From Candidatus Omnitrophota bacterium (lineage in GTDB: Bacteria; Omnitrophota; Gorgyraeia; JAHJTE01), in contig JAHJTE010000001.1 in the NCBI GenBank assembly GCA_018830005.1, positions 385,332-449,331 of the forward strand: a stretch of DNA of 64,000 bases. The letters are read 5' to 3'. The position numbers were made by a program, and so were the translations under genes. Of the stretch, positions 17,676-27,883 are shown piece after piece (position 1 is the stretch's first letter; every line of letters begins with the position of its first letter). Below the pieces are notes generated by a model. The model was given only the letters and a program-made list of their open reading frames with translations, did no database searches and was not told the DNA's origin.

Positions 17676-20600
17676 GCACTCAATTTATCACAAATCAGGA
17701 TAGGCTTCTTTCAGATGTCGTAAATAATATCTTGCCTTCCTCAAAAAATCTATATTTTTTAATTGGATATTTCTATTTCTCTGGCTTTGAAGAAGTCTAC
17801 AAGAATGTCAAAGACAAAGAAATCAAGATATTAGTAGGTTTAGAGATAGAGCATGACATTACCAATAAAATCAGAGAATTTGAAATCATTCAAGAAGTGA
17901 ATACTTCAGGCGGTAAAATAAAAGATAGTTATTTTAAGTCTTTAGTTAAGCTATTTAATGATACAGATTTTTTCGATTCACATGTAAAACAAGAAGCCTT
18001 TAAGATATTTTTAGATAAAATTAAGGACGGCTCGTTAGAGATTAGAAAGACTCGTCAGCCTAATCACGCCAAGCTCTACATATTTGAAAATCAAGAGAAG
18101 TTTAGTCAAGGTGGAGATTATCCTGGTACAGTTATTACTGGATCTAGCAACTTTACTAGGTCTGGTTTCAAGGGGCGGTTTGAGATAAATGTTGTTTCAA
18201 GAGATGCTCGTAATTTCAGTGAAGCTTATAAGATTTTTCAAGATTTGTGGAAAAATTCTGTAGTGATAGTTGATAAAGAAAATATTGAAGATTTTTTCAG
18301 CAATGTAATAGATAATATTTGGTTAGATAGAATTCCTAGACCATTTTTAGTTTACGTGCGTGTATTAGAAGAATATTTTCTCGAATATAATAGGGATTTT
18401 GTAAGGTTGCCCGCTGAGATTACAAGGGGTAGATACATTAATCTCAAATATCAAATTGATGCAATAAAGCGCGCTTTGGATGTGCTGAAGAGGCACAACG
18501 GCGTAATTATTGCTGACGTAGTAGGCTTAGGCAAGAGTATTATTGCTTCTGCGGCTGCTCACAATCTGAATCTAAAAAGTATTGTTATTGTCCCTCCTCA
18601 CCTAAAAGCCCAATGGGATGACTATCGTTATGATTTTGAATTTAATGCCAAGGTTTACAGCTCTGGTAAAATAGAGCAAGCGTTAAAAGAAAATATTCAA
18701 GAGGAGGAGCAGCTCGTCATTGTTGATGAGGCCCATAAATATAGAAACGAATTAACTAGGGATTACGCAAGTTTACATAAATTATGTCAGCGTAATAAAG
18801 TAATGCTTCTATCAGCTACCCCGTTTAACAATCGGCCTCAGGACGTATTTTCAATGGTTAAATTATTTCAAATACCCACGAGATCGACTATTCAGACTGT
18901 AGATAATCTTTCGTTCCAATTTAAAAAACTTGTTTCGGAATTCCAAAAGATTAAACAAGATCAGCAAGGCAAAAAAGTAAGCAACAAGGTGATCGCCTCT
19001 CGCGTAAAAGAGGTAGCTAATGGGATCAGGGACATATTGTCGCCTTTGGTGATTAGACGGTCCAGATTAGATTTAGACGCCATAGAAGAATATAAAGAAG
19101 ATTTAAAGCGTCAAAAGATTCAATTTCCTAAAGTTAATCCACCTGAGATTCTTGATTATGAATTAGAGGATCTAAGTGATATTTATATAGATACTCTTGA
19201 TACTATATGCCCTGAAGATGAAAATGCAGGATTTATTGGAGCTAGGTACAAGCCGACCAGTTATATTAAGGATTTTGATAAATATAAGGATAGAATCGCA
19301 AAAGAAATGGGAGTTGATGAGAATTTATTACGTCAAACTCAAGTAAACTTAGCGAAGTTTATGAAGCGTTTATTGGTCCGTAGATTCGAGAGTTCAGTAT
19401 ATGCATTTCAGAAGACCCTTGATTCATTAATTCGTAATTCGGAACTTATGCGCGATTGGTATGATAAATTAGGTAAGATTCCAATATACAAAAAGGGTAA
19501 TCTACCAGATGTAGATATACTTCAGGAATCTGTCGGAGAAGATTTAGATGAAGAGTTAAGAGAAGCCACGCTTGAAGAGGAGTTAAAAGAACATATAGAA
19601 AAAGGCCTGTGGCTCATAGATAAAAAGGAGCTTAGAAAACAATTTATAGAGGATATTAATAGTGATATTAAGATGCTTAAAGAAGTTAGGGAGGAATGGT
19701 TTGAAGAAGGATTTCCGAAAGACCCTAAGCTCGAACACCTAAAAGAAATTTTACTAGAAAAGTTGAAATCAGAACCTGATAGAAAAATAGTTATTTTTAC
19801 TGAGTTTGCGGATACAGCTGGACATTTATACAAAAACCTTAAAGAAACTCTAAGGGTTTTTAAGTATTCTGCTCAAGACGCAAGTGAGAAAAACAAAAGG
19901 ATAATTAAAGAAAATTTTGATGCCGGCTACCGAGTTCAGGTAAATGATTATGATGTATTGATTGCTACTGATGCAATTTCAGAAGGGTTTAATCTGCACA
20001 GGGCAGGAATTGTTTTTAACTACGATATTCCTTATAATCCAACTAGGGTTATTCAAAGAGTAGGCCGCATAAATCGTATTAATAAAAAGGTATTTGATGA
20101 GCTGTTTATCTATAACTACTTTCCTACTGTAACTGGAGAGGAAGCAACAAGGATAAAACAAGTTTCTACTTTAAAGATCGCAATGGTACATGCACTTTTT
20201 GGAGAGGATACTAAAATACTTACTAAAGATGAGGAACTTCAAAGATACTTTGCTGATAAATTTGAGGAAACTTTAAGGAATGAAGAAGAGCTTTCACCAG
20301 AAGCTAAACATGAGAATTTCATCAAGAAATTACGTATTTCTGAACCACGCGTGATTGAAGAGGCTTTAAATTTACCACGGCGTTCTCGTGTTAAAAGAAC
20401 GGTTAAAAAGGATAAAAAAGGTGTAATTATCTTTGGCAAGAAAGGTGAAGAGCATGCTTTTAAATATGGAAATAAACAAGTTGAGTCAGTTTCTTTAAGT
20501 ATTCCTCAGGCTTTGGAATTATTCAAAGCAAAGGCTGAAGAGAAAGGCGAGAAAACTGGTAAATCTTTCGATGAAATTTATGAAAATGTTAGAATAAAAC

Positions 20601-20914
20601 TATTTTCTAAAAGAACTGAAGTCGCTAAAGATAGAGGAAAAAGAGATACTATTGATAAAGTGAATGTTTTGAAAAACAAGCTTCCTAAGGTAAAAGATTA
20701 TTTAGAAGATTTGTTGTATGTTGTGAATGATTTGGATGCTTTGCCGGATAGATATGAGAAATTAATAAGGGCAGTTGATTCAAAAAGCTTAGAGGAAGAT
20801 TTTAAGATTTTACAGAAAGAAGTGCCTCATAAATATCTTATCCAAATTATTGATAGAGAGCAGCGTATTGAAGAAGGCAAAGAGACCTTAATTTTATCAG
20901 AGGAATTAATTTAA
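17672..20914 (+). CDS. PLD-family nuclease domain fused to an SNF2-family (DEAH) helicase
   Basis: N-terminal HKD motif 'NHAKLYIF...GSSNFTRSG'. Helicase motif I 'DVVGLGKSIIA', motif II 'VIVDEAHKYRN', motif VI 'QRVGRINRI'. 1080 aa. Confidence 0.8.
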   Translation: MSTQFITNQDRLLSDVVNNILPSSKNLYFLIGYFYFSGFEEVYKNVKDKEIKILVGLEIEHDITNKIREFEIIQEVNTSGGKIKDSYFKSLVKLFNDTDFFDSHVKQEAFKIFLDKIKDGSLEIRKTRQPNHAKLYIFENQEKFSQGGDYPGTVITGSSNFTRSGFKGRFEINVVSRDARNFSEAYKIFQDLWKNSVVIVDKENIEDFFSNVIDNIWLDRIPRPFLVYVRVLEEYFLEYNRDFVRLPAEITRGRYINLKYQIDAIKRALDVLKRHNGVIIADVVGLGKSIIASAAAHNLNLKSIVIVPPHLKAQWDDYRYDFEFNAKVYSSGKIEQALKENIQEEEQLVIVDEAHKYRNELTRDYASLHKLCQRNKVMLLSATPFNNRPQDVFSMVKLFQIPTRSTIQTVDNLSFQFKKLVSEFQKIKQDQQGKKVSNKVIASRVKEVANGIRDILSPLVIRRSRLDLDAIEEYKEDLKRQKIQFPKVNPPEILDYELEDLSDIYIDTLDTICPEDENAGFIGARYKPTSYIKDFDKYKDRIAKEMGVDENLLRQTQVNLAKFMKRLLVRRFESSVYAFQKTLDSLIRNSELMRDWYDKLGKIPIYKKGNLPDVDILQESVGEDLDEELREATLEEELKEHIEKGLWLIDKKELRKQFIEDINSDIKMLKEVREEWFEEGFPKDPKLEHLKEILLEKLKSEPDRKIVIFTEFADTAGHLYKNLKETLRVFKYSAQDASEKNKRIIKENFDAGYRVQVNDYDVLIATDAISEGFNLHRAGIVFNYDIPYNPTRVIQRVGRINRINKKVFDELFIYNYFPTVTGEEATRIKQVSTLKIAMVHALFGEDTKILTKDEELQRYFADKFEETLRNEEELSPEAKHENFIKKLRISEPRVIEEALNLPRRSRVKRTVKKDKKGVIIFGKKGEEHAFKYGNKQVESVSLSIPQALELFKAKAEEKGEKTGKSFDEIYENVRIKLFSKRTEVAKDRGKRDTIDKVNVLKNKLPKVKDYLEDLLYVVNDLDALPDRYEKLIRAVDSKSLEEDFKILQKEVPHKYLIQIIDREQRIEEGKETLILSEELI

Positions 20915-20918
20915 TTTT

Positions 20919-23900
20919 ATGGATTTTAAAGTTACTTATGAACGAGAGAAATATCTAGATTTTTTCCAAAATCAATTCCTGCCTGAAGATTTTGAAAGTT
21001 GCGATGAGAGTATCGAATCTCAATTTAAACCCCAGCATATAAGCAAAGTCACCAAGATTGGTCAAGTTCCATCCCTCGATTTAAATATATACGAAATTAA
21101 GCATCATTCTGAGAATGATCCTCGCGTTTCACTTTCAAGAGATTCCTTTCGCATACTGGCACAATACGGGGTAAGAAGAGCACTAGCAATCTTTACGTCT
21201 TCAAGTTCATCTAATTATCGTTTATCTCTTATTACTATTGATTTAAAATTGGAAGGTAGGCGAGTTCAAAAGGAATATTCTAATCCCCGCCGATACTCTT
21301 TCTTTTTAGGTCCTGATACAAAAACACACACTCCAGAAGAGTATCTTATGAAACAGGGTCGAATAAAAAATTTTGAAGATTTAAAGAACCGTTTCTCAAT
21401 CGAGGTAGTAAATAAAGATTTCTACATGAAAATCGCGATTCTTTTTACTCAACTGGCTGGCGGTAAGCGCAAAATTGGACGTAAATCAATTGACGCTGGT
21501 AGAGGCCTATTGGACTTGCCTGGAACTAGTGATGATACTTTAGACAAAGAGTTTACTGTGAGGCTTATTGGTAGACTTGTTTTTTGCTGGTTTTTAAAGA
21601 GAAAACAGTCAGATAGGAATATTTCCCTTTTACCCGAAGAACTTCTTTCAGTAAATGCAGTTTTGAAAAATAAAGGCTATTACCATGGTATCCTGGAACC
21701 TTTATTTTTTGAAGTGCTTAATACTCCGGCAAAAGATCGCGATAAGAAATATCAAGAATCGACATGGTCACAAATTCCCTTCTTAAACGGTGGTCTTTTT
21801 ACACCGCATCATCATGATTTTTATGATCCGGGGCTTCTAGGGATTTCAAAGTATATAAACGTCCTCAAAATTCCTGACCATTGGATAAAAGAGTTATTTG
21901 ATGTTTTTGAAACTTATAACTTTACTATAGACGAAAATACTTCTGTTGATGTGGAGCTTTCCATTGAACCTGAAATGCTCGGACGTATCTTTGAAAATTT
22001 GCTTGCAGAGATTAATCCGGAAACCGGTGAGACAGCACGTAAGGCAACCGGCAGTTATTATACTCCACGACCCATTGTTGAATATATGGTGAGCGAGAGT
22101 TTAAAACAGTATCTTTTAACTAAGACAAAGCTTGAAGAAAATAAAATCACGCGTTTGCTTACCTATGAGGACGTTGAATTGAAGCTTACCAGCTCAGAGA
22201 AAGAATCTATCCTTAATGCTCTTGATGTTATTAAAATCATTGATCCTGCTTGCGGTAGTGGCGCTTTTCCAATGGGGATATTACAGAAGATGCTTGTTAT
22301 TCTCCAAAAGATTGATCCAGAATCTGAATGGTGGCTCGATAAAATGCTTTCGCGTATCGGCAACAAAACTTTAGAGAGAAAATTAAAAGTAGAAAATGTT
22401 AGCTATATTCATAAGTTAGGCATAATTCAAAACGCTATTTTTGGTGTAGATATCCAACCGATAGCTGTAGAGATTTCGAAGTTGAGGTTTTTCTTGTCGC
22501 TTATTGTAGACGAAACAGTAAATGATTCAAAGAAAAACCGTGGCATAGAGCCATTGCCTAATCTTGAGTTTAAATTTGTTTGCACTAATAGCTTGATAGG
22601 GCTTCCTAAAAAAGGTACCCAGCAGACACTTTTCGAAGCTGATGAAGATATTAAATCATTAAGGGATCTTAGAGACGGATATTTAAGAAGCTATGGCAGC
22701 GAGAAGAGGAAAGTAGAGAAAAGATTCCTTGAGCTACAAAGAAAAATGGCAAAGCATGCTTTAGGTTGGGCTCTTTTTGGGGGGGAAAAATCACAGACAA
22801 TGAAGCTATCACAGTGGAATCCATTCTCAGAAGAACCTTGCTCATGGTTTGATCCAGATTGGATGTTTGGGATAAAGGATGGATTTGATATTGTGATTGC
22901 CAATCCCCCATACATTAAAGAGTATGTTAACAGAAATGCATTCAAGGGATTTAGAAGCTCGCTTTATTATCAAGGCAAAATGGATATTTGGTATATGTTT
23001 GTTTGTAAGAGTTTAGACATAACAAGAGACGGCACAGGTTTAGTTACTTTTATCGCACAAAATAATTGGGTCACTAGTTATGGCGCCTCAAAGATGAGGA
23101 ATAAAGTTATAAAAGATGCTCAAATTTTGAACTTGATTGATTTTGGTGCTTTTAAGATATTCGAGTCTGGCATACAAACTATGGTTATGGTGTTTAGGAA
23201 AAATACTGATTTGGATAGTTACTCATTTGATTACAGGCGACTTCTTGGGAATGATCTTGAATTCGATGATGCTATTTTTCTTATTAATAAGGAAGATAAT
23301 CCTAAGTCAGAATACTTAACTCCTACGATTACAAGGATCAATTTTATAGATAAAACATTAACATTCAGCAGTTCTGATATTGAACCGATACTTGAAAAAT
23401 TATCATTAAAAGCAAATTTTCGATTTAACGATAAGGAAGTTGCAAACGGCATACACCATCATCACGATCGCGTGAATAAAAACCGCGAGGAAATTTTAGG
23501 TGGTCAATATAAGGTTGGGGATGGAATTTTCGTTCTAAGCAACGAAGAAAAGGAGCGAATTTCATTCACAAAAAAAGAGTTAGGCTTAATAAAGCCTTCC
23601 TATACCACAAAAGAATTGCTACGATGGTATGGAAATTCTACAAATAAAGAATGGGTTATCTACACGGATTCGAGTTTTAAAAATAAGAAACAAATTGAGA
23701 ATTATTTGAATATTAAAAGACATCTTGATCGTTTTAGGAAAGTTATTACTTCAGACAATAAGCCCTACGGTCTTCATAGAGCTCGAGATGAATATTTTTT
23801 TAGAGGAGAGAAAATTATAGCTGCAAGGAAATGTGCAAGGCCGACTTTCACCTATGTCGATTTTGATAGTTATGTTTCTGCAACATTTTATGTGATCAAA

Positions 23901-24239
23901 ACTGAAAGAGTTGACCAGCAATTTCTAACAGGTCTTTTAAATTCTAAACTGATTACTTTCTGGCTAAGACACAGAGGAAAAATGCAAGGCACTAATTATC
24001 AGATTGACAAGGAACCTATTATTAATCTCCCCATTTTGAAAGCCGATAAAAACGGTCAAAATGCAATCCGAAATATTGTTGCCAAAATCATCGATATTTT
24101 AAAATCAAAAGGCAGCAATGAGAAACAAGCCAAAGTCAAAGAATACGAACGCCAAATCGACCAGATGGTTTATAAGCTTTATGGTTTAACATCAGAAGAA
24201 ATGAAAATTGTAGAAGGACAATATGATAAAAAGAATTAA
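20919..24239 (+). CDS. Eco57I/PglX/MmeI-type gamma-class N6-adenine DNA methyltransferase (~1100 aa)
   Basis: 'GSYYTPRPIVEYMV' (motif X), 'IIDPACGSGAFP' (motif I) and 'VIANPPYIKEY' (motif IV), with a long C-terminal target-recognition region. The N-terminus has a possible D..ExK pattern ('SLDLNIYEIKH'). Confidence 0.8.
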   Translation: MDFKVTYEREKYLDFFQNQFLPEDFESCDESIESQFKPQHISKVTKIGQVPSLDLNIYEIKHHSENDPRVSLSRDSFRILAQYGVRRALAIFTSSSSSNYRLSLITIDLKLEGRRVQKEYSNPRRYSFFLGPDTKTHTPEEYLMKQGRIKNFEDLKNRFSIEVVNKDFYMKIAILFTQLAGGKRKIGRKSIDAGRGLLDLPGTSDDTLDKEFTVRLIGRLVFCWFLKRKQSDRNISLLPEELLSVNAVLKNKGYYHGILEPLFFEVLNTPAKDRDKKYQESTWSQIPFLNGGLFTPHHHDFYDPGLLGISKYINVLKIPDHWIKELFDVFETYNFTIDENTSVDVELSIEPEMLGRIFENLLAEINPETGETARKATGSYYTPRPIVEYMVSESLKQYLLTKTKLEENKITRLLTYEDVELKLTSSEKESILNALDVIKIIDPACGSGAFPMGILQKMLVILQKIDPESEWWLDKMLSRIGNKTLERKLKVENVSYIHKLGIIQNAIFGVDIQPIAVEISKLRFFLSLIVDETVNDSKKNRGIEPLPNLEFKFVCTNSLIGLPKKGTQQTLFEADEDIKSLRDLRDGYLRSYGSEKRKVEKRFLELQRKMAKHALGWALFGGEKSQTMKLSQWNPFSEEPCSWFDPDWMFGIKDGFDIVIANPPYIKEYVNRNAFKGFRSSLYYQGKMDIWYMFVCKSLDITRDGTGLVTFIAQNNWVTSYGASKMRNKVIKDAQILNLIDFGAFKIFESGIQTMVMVFRKNTDLDSYSFDYRRLLGNDLEFDDAIFLINKEDNPKSEYLTPTITRINFIDKTLTFSSSDIEPILEKLSLKANFRFNDKEVANGIHHHHDRVNKNREEILGGQYKVGDGIFVLSNEEKERISFTKKELGLIKPSYTTKELLRWYGNSTNKEWVIYTDSSFKNKKQIENYLNIKRHLDRFRKVITSDNKPYGLHRARDEYFFRGEKIIAARKCARPTFTYVDFDSYVSATFYVIKTERVDQQFLTGLLNSKLITFWLRHRGKMQGTNYQIDKEPIINLPILKADKNGQNAIRNIVAKIIDILKSKGSNEKQAKVKEYERQIDQMVYKLYGLTSEEMKIVEGQYDKKN

Positions 24240-26631
24240 AAAAATTAAAGGGGTTGGAAGATTTTTGAATGTCGGGCATACCGAGCTTGGCCGGCTGACC
24301 TTAATTTACGGCCCTAATTGTTACGGAAAATCAACCCTCGCCGACATTTTTCGTTCCATAGCGAATCAAAATCCGGAAGTTTTATTAAATAGACAATCAA
24401 TAATAAGGGACGGCAACCCAATTACCCAAGAGGTGTGTTTTAGTATCAAAAATGGTACAGATAAAACGGAACAAGATATTTCTTGTCTTAACCAAAGATG
24501 GAATACGAGCAATTTTAATTGCTCAATAGAAGTTTTTGACTCTCGCTTTATCGAGGACAATGTTTTTACAGGATTAACAATCTCAAGGTCTAATAAAGAA
24601 AATCTGACAAATTTACTAATAGGCGAGAAAAGTGTCGAGATTGGCAAACAAATAGATTCTTTAAAGAATAAATCACTCCGCGAAACGACAAAAACTATCG
24701 GCGAACTTGGAGATTTACTCAAAAGAAGTTTGGGAACTTTAGATTTAGGAATAAGCCTTGAAGACTTTATATCAGTCGAGAAGCCGGATGATATTGAAGC
24801 AACTAAAGCTGAATTAACTATGCTCCAGGGGAATCTGAAGAAATTTAGAAAATCAATTTCGGAAAAGAATAAAATTCTTGAACTCGATGAGCCGATAATA
24901 CTTTCTCTTGAAAATCCCGAACCGACAATCAAAATTCTAAAAGATTCGCTGGGAAAAGGCTTTGATGATATAAATGATACTGCATATAAGCGGATGCGAG
25001 AACATATAGAACAACACTTTAATTCCCATGATGGCGAAGAAGAAGAATGGATTGAAAAAGGAGTAAATGCCTATCTTAAACAAAATAAAGATGCAACCAT
25101 CTTAAATTGCCCGTTTTGTAGTCAATCTTTGGTTACAGTTGTTGATCTCATTGAGACATACAAAACAGTATTCAGCGAAGAATATGGAAGCTTTTGTAAT
25201 GAAGCTTTCAGAATACTGAATGATAAACATCAAGAATTCAATAAGCTTATTAGCGCTGTTAAATTAGTAGAAAATTCAGTAAATAAAAATTTGGCAAGTT
25301 GCCACCGCTGGCAGGATTACTTTACAGACGAGACTCAAAAACTCATTGAACAAATAGATAATCTTAGCAACAAAGCGAATAAATCCAATTGCAATCTTGT
25401 AGGCTTGATGGAAGAAGTTATTGGTAAATTTGGAGAACTTATCGCTGAAAAAAAGAAGAAACCTTTTGTTTGTATCAAGGAATACCCCGCCAGCGATAAA
25501 TTACTAATCGTTTATCAGCAGTTTGGAGAAATAATAAATCAATACAATGAATCTGTAAAATTACTTCTTAGGGAAATAAATACCCTTAAAACAAGGAGTC
25601 AGAACGACCAATTAATAAAGGAATCAGAGAAGTTGGGCAATAAGATAATAGATTTGAATATAAAAGTAAAAAGATACGAATTATCGGCCGATATAGATAA
25701 GGTACAACTCTTAAGAGGAAAGAAAGATAAAACAGAAAAGGAAATTAAAAAATTGCAGGAAGAACTAGAACGAGAAAATAAAGAATTTATTGAGCAATAC
25801 TTCCAGGATGCAACACAAATTTTTAATAGATTAGGCTCTATTGATTTTGAAATTCAAACAACTTATCGACGTTGGGGAGGTCAGCCGGTATATGAACCGA
25901 CAATAAAATTTGCAAATGAGGAAATTACTTTTGATCGGTTACCATTTATATTTAGTGATGCAGACAGGAGGGCTTTGGCATTTTCAATTTTCATTTCAAA
26001 ACTCAGAAAGAAAAGCGAGGCTGAATTAAAAAACACCATTGTTTTCTTAGACGACCCAATAACTAGCTTTGACGACAATAGGATTTCACAGACCTTTATA
26101 GAGATCAAGAATCTTACGACGTCTTCCCGCCAATTGATTATAGCTGCGCACCACAGCAGATTTTTACTTGATACTTACGAGAAACTGAGAAGTCTTCCGA
26201 ATTTGGATTTAAAATTTATTGAAATCAAAAGAGATGGTTTTGGTACTGTCTTCGGGTTGGTTAGTGATCCTAAAACTAGATTAGATCCCCATGCTCAAGA
26301 AATAGAGAAGATGGAAAGATTTATTAACGGCGATTCTGATGTAAACGCGTCGGACGTGCGCAGATCATTAAGACCGATACTACAAAAAGAGCTAGAGTGG
26401 AGGTTCAGAAAAAATTTAAAAGGAGTATCTGTTGAGGGGCTTGGCGATATTGTTACCAAACTAAAAGAAGGAAATTCAATAAATGAAGAGATGGCAAGAA
26501 AGATTTATGACTTTAATGACGTACTTAAAGACGACCATCATGGAGCAGTTTTAGATATGGACGAAGATACAAGGAATTTATCTAAAAACATCATTAAATT
26601 TATCTTTGAAGAACTAAACCCGGTAGTGTAG
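24223..26631 (+). CDS. ABC/SMC-like ATPase with a long coiled-coil insert (AAA_13/RloC-like)
   Basis: Walker A 'GPNCYGKST' at the N-terminus. Walker B/D-loop 'VFLDDPITSFDD' and H-loop 'AAHHS' about 600 aa downstream, with coiled-coil sequence between. 802 aa. Confidence 0.65.
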   Translation: MIKRIKKIKGVGRFLNVGHTELGRLTLIYGPNCYGKSTLADIFRSIANQNPEVLLNRQSIIRDGNPITQEVCFSIKNGTDKTEQDISCLNQRWNTSNFNCSIEVFDSRFIEDNVFTGLTISRSNKENLTNLLIGEKSVEIGKQIDSLKNKSLRETTKTIGELGDLLKRSLGTLDLGISLEDFISVEKPDDIEATKAELTMLQGNLKKFRKSISEKNKILELDEPIILSLENPEPTIKILKDSLGKGFDDINDTAYKRMREHIEQHFNSHDGEEEEWIEKGVNAYLKQNKDATILNCPFCSQSLVTVVDLIETYKTVFSEEYGSFCNEAFRILNDKHQEFNKLISAVKLVENSVNKNLASCHRWQDYFTDETQKLIEQIDNLSNKANKSNCNLVGLMEEVIGKFGELIAEKKKKPFVCIKEYPASDKLLIVYQQFGEIINQYNESVKLLLREINTLKTRSQNDQLIKESEKLGNKIIDLNIKVKRYELSADIDKVQLLRGKKDKTEKEIKKLQEELERENKEFIEQYFQDATQIFNRLGSIDFEIQTTYRRWGGQPVYEPTIKFANEEITFDRLPFIFSDADRRALAFSIFISKLRKKSEAELKNTIVFLDDPITSFDDNRISQTFIEIKNLTTSSRQLIIAAHHSRFLLDTYEKLRSLPNLDLKFIEIKRDGFGTVFGLVSDPKTRLDPHAQEIEKMERFINGDSDVNASDVRRSLRPILQKELEWRFRKNLKGVSVEGLGDIVTKLKEGNSINEEMARKIYDFNDVLKDDHHGAVLDMDEDTRNLSKNIIKFIFEELNPVV

Positions 26632-26727
26632 TAGTGAGTCCGGGGAAATTCCGGTGACACATACCTAATTTATTTAAGCCTGGTCGCGATTATATAGCCG
26701 GCAGATAAGTGAGGAGATATTAAATAA

Positions 26728-27411
26728 ATGATTAAGCTATCACGTTCAAAGTTAGAGTTATTTCTCGACTGCCCACGTTGCTTCTGGTTGAATATCAATA
26801 AGAAAATAAAGCGCCCACCATCATTTCCTTATACAATAAACTCTGCTATAGATGCTCTTTTAAAGCAAGAATTTGATGTCCATCGTGAAAACGGTACTGC
26901 CCATTACCTTATAAAGAAATATAATATAGACGCCATCCCTTATAAATGTAAAGAAATCAATGCCTGGCGACATAACTTCACTGGCATTCAGTTTCAGCAT
27001 AAGCCAACAGATTTCTTGGTTTTTGGCGCAGTTGATGATGTCTGGATAAATTCTCAAGAAGAATTAATAGTGGTTGATTATAAAGCCACTGGTGCAAAAG
27101 AATACAAAATTTATGACAGCTACAAGCGACAGTTGGAAATTTACCAATGGTTGCTTCAGCAGAACGGCTACAAAGTTTCAAAGACAGGTTATTTTCTCTT
27201 TGCCAAGGTAAATAAGGATGGCGGCTTTAAAGAAGGTAAGCTTTCTTTTGATTTATTTATCGAGCCACAGGAAGGTGATCGCTCTTGGGTAGAAAGCGCA
27301 ATTATTAATGCCCGTAAGGCCATAGATAATGATATACCGGTAGCAAGCGAAAACTGCATTTATTGTCAATTTATCAAAAACGGAGGATATTTATGTCTAA
27401 AGGAAAAGTAA
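26728..27411 (+). CDS. Cas4-like PD-(D/E)XK nuclease with a 4-Cys cluster
   Basis: N-terminal 'CPRCFW', core 'VVDYKATG...LEIYQWL' (D, E-x-K/QxxxY), C-terminal 'CIYCQF...YLC'. This is the Cas4/AddB-type Fe-S nuclease arrangement. Confidence 0.65.
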   Translation: MIKLSRSKLELFLDCPRCFWLNINKKIKRPPSFPYTINSAIDALLKQEFDVHRENGTAHYLIKKYNIDAIPYKCKEINAWRHNFTGIQFQHKPTDFLVFGAVDDVWINSQEELIVVDYKATGAKEYKIYDSYKRQLEIYQWLLQQNGYKVSKTGYFLFAKVNKDGGFKEGKLSFDLFIEPQEGDRSWVESAIINARKAIDNDIPVASENCIYCQFIKNGGYLCLKEK

Positions 27412-27668
27412 CAAAGGTTTCTGATGGGGATACTTTTAAAATTAGGGGAGGAAAAGCAATCCGCCTTGCAAATGTAAAAGCGCCTGAAATGGGAGCCAAG
27501 GGTGGCGCAAAGGCAAGAAATGAACTACAGGATATGATTGGAAACAAGACTATTAGTTATGATACAGTTGGAAAATCATATGGTAGAGATGTCGCAAAAG
27601 TTAAAATAGCTGGTAAGTCAGTAAACCAGGCGATGAGAAACAAAGGATATACAAACAGAGGCAAGTAG
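27393..27668 (+). CDS. staphylococcal-nuclease (SNase/thermonuclease)-like small nuclease
   Basis: 91 aa, start at the ATG after GGAGG. 'GDTFKIRGGKAIRLANVKAPE...YGRDVAKV' matches the SNase Ca-binding/catalytic region. Overlaps the preceding gene's end. Confidence 0.55.
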   Translation: MSKGKVTKVSDGDTFKIRGGKAIRLANVKAPEMGAKGGAKARNELQDMIGNKTISYDTVGKSYGRDVAKVKIAGKSVNQAMRNKGYTNRGK

Positions 27669-27826
27669 ATTTTCCTTGATTCTTCTATGATTTTAGTATA
27701 TAATTTTTATAGATAGCAAAAATAGATTGCTGAAAATATAGGTCTTAATAGGCCTGGAACCAAAAGCGCTAAAAAGCGCGTAACTTATGGAGCCAGGTCT
27801 TTTGTATTTTAAGGGGAGTACAAAAG

Positions 27827-27883
27827 GGAATCCTCCGGAAAATTGTTAAATAACAATTTCCCCTACCAAAAAGGAGGATTCCT
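27827..27883 (+). promoter_or_regulatory. RBS-sequestering hairpin in the 5' leader of the ParB-methyltransferase gene
   Basis: Perfect 10-nt inverted repeat GGAATCCTCC...GGAGGATTCC. The second arm contains the Shine-Dalgarno GGAGG, 6 nt before ATG 27884. An inner palindrome AAATTGTTAAATAACAATTT is also present. Confidence 0.5.
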
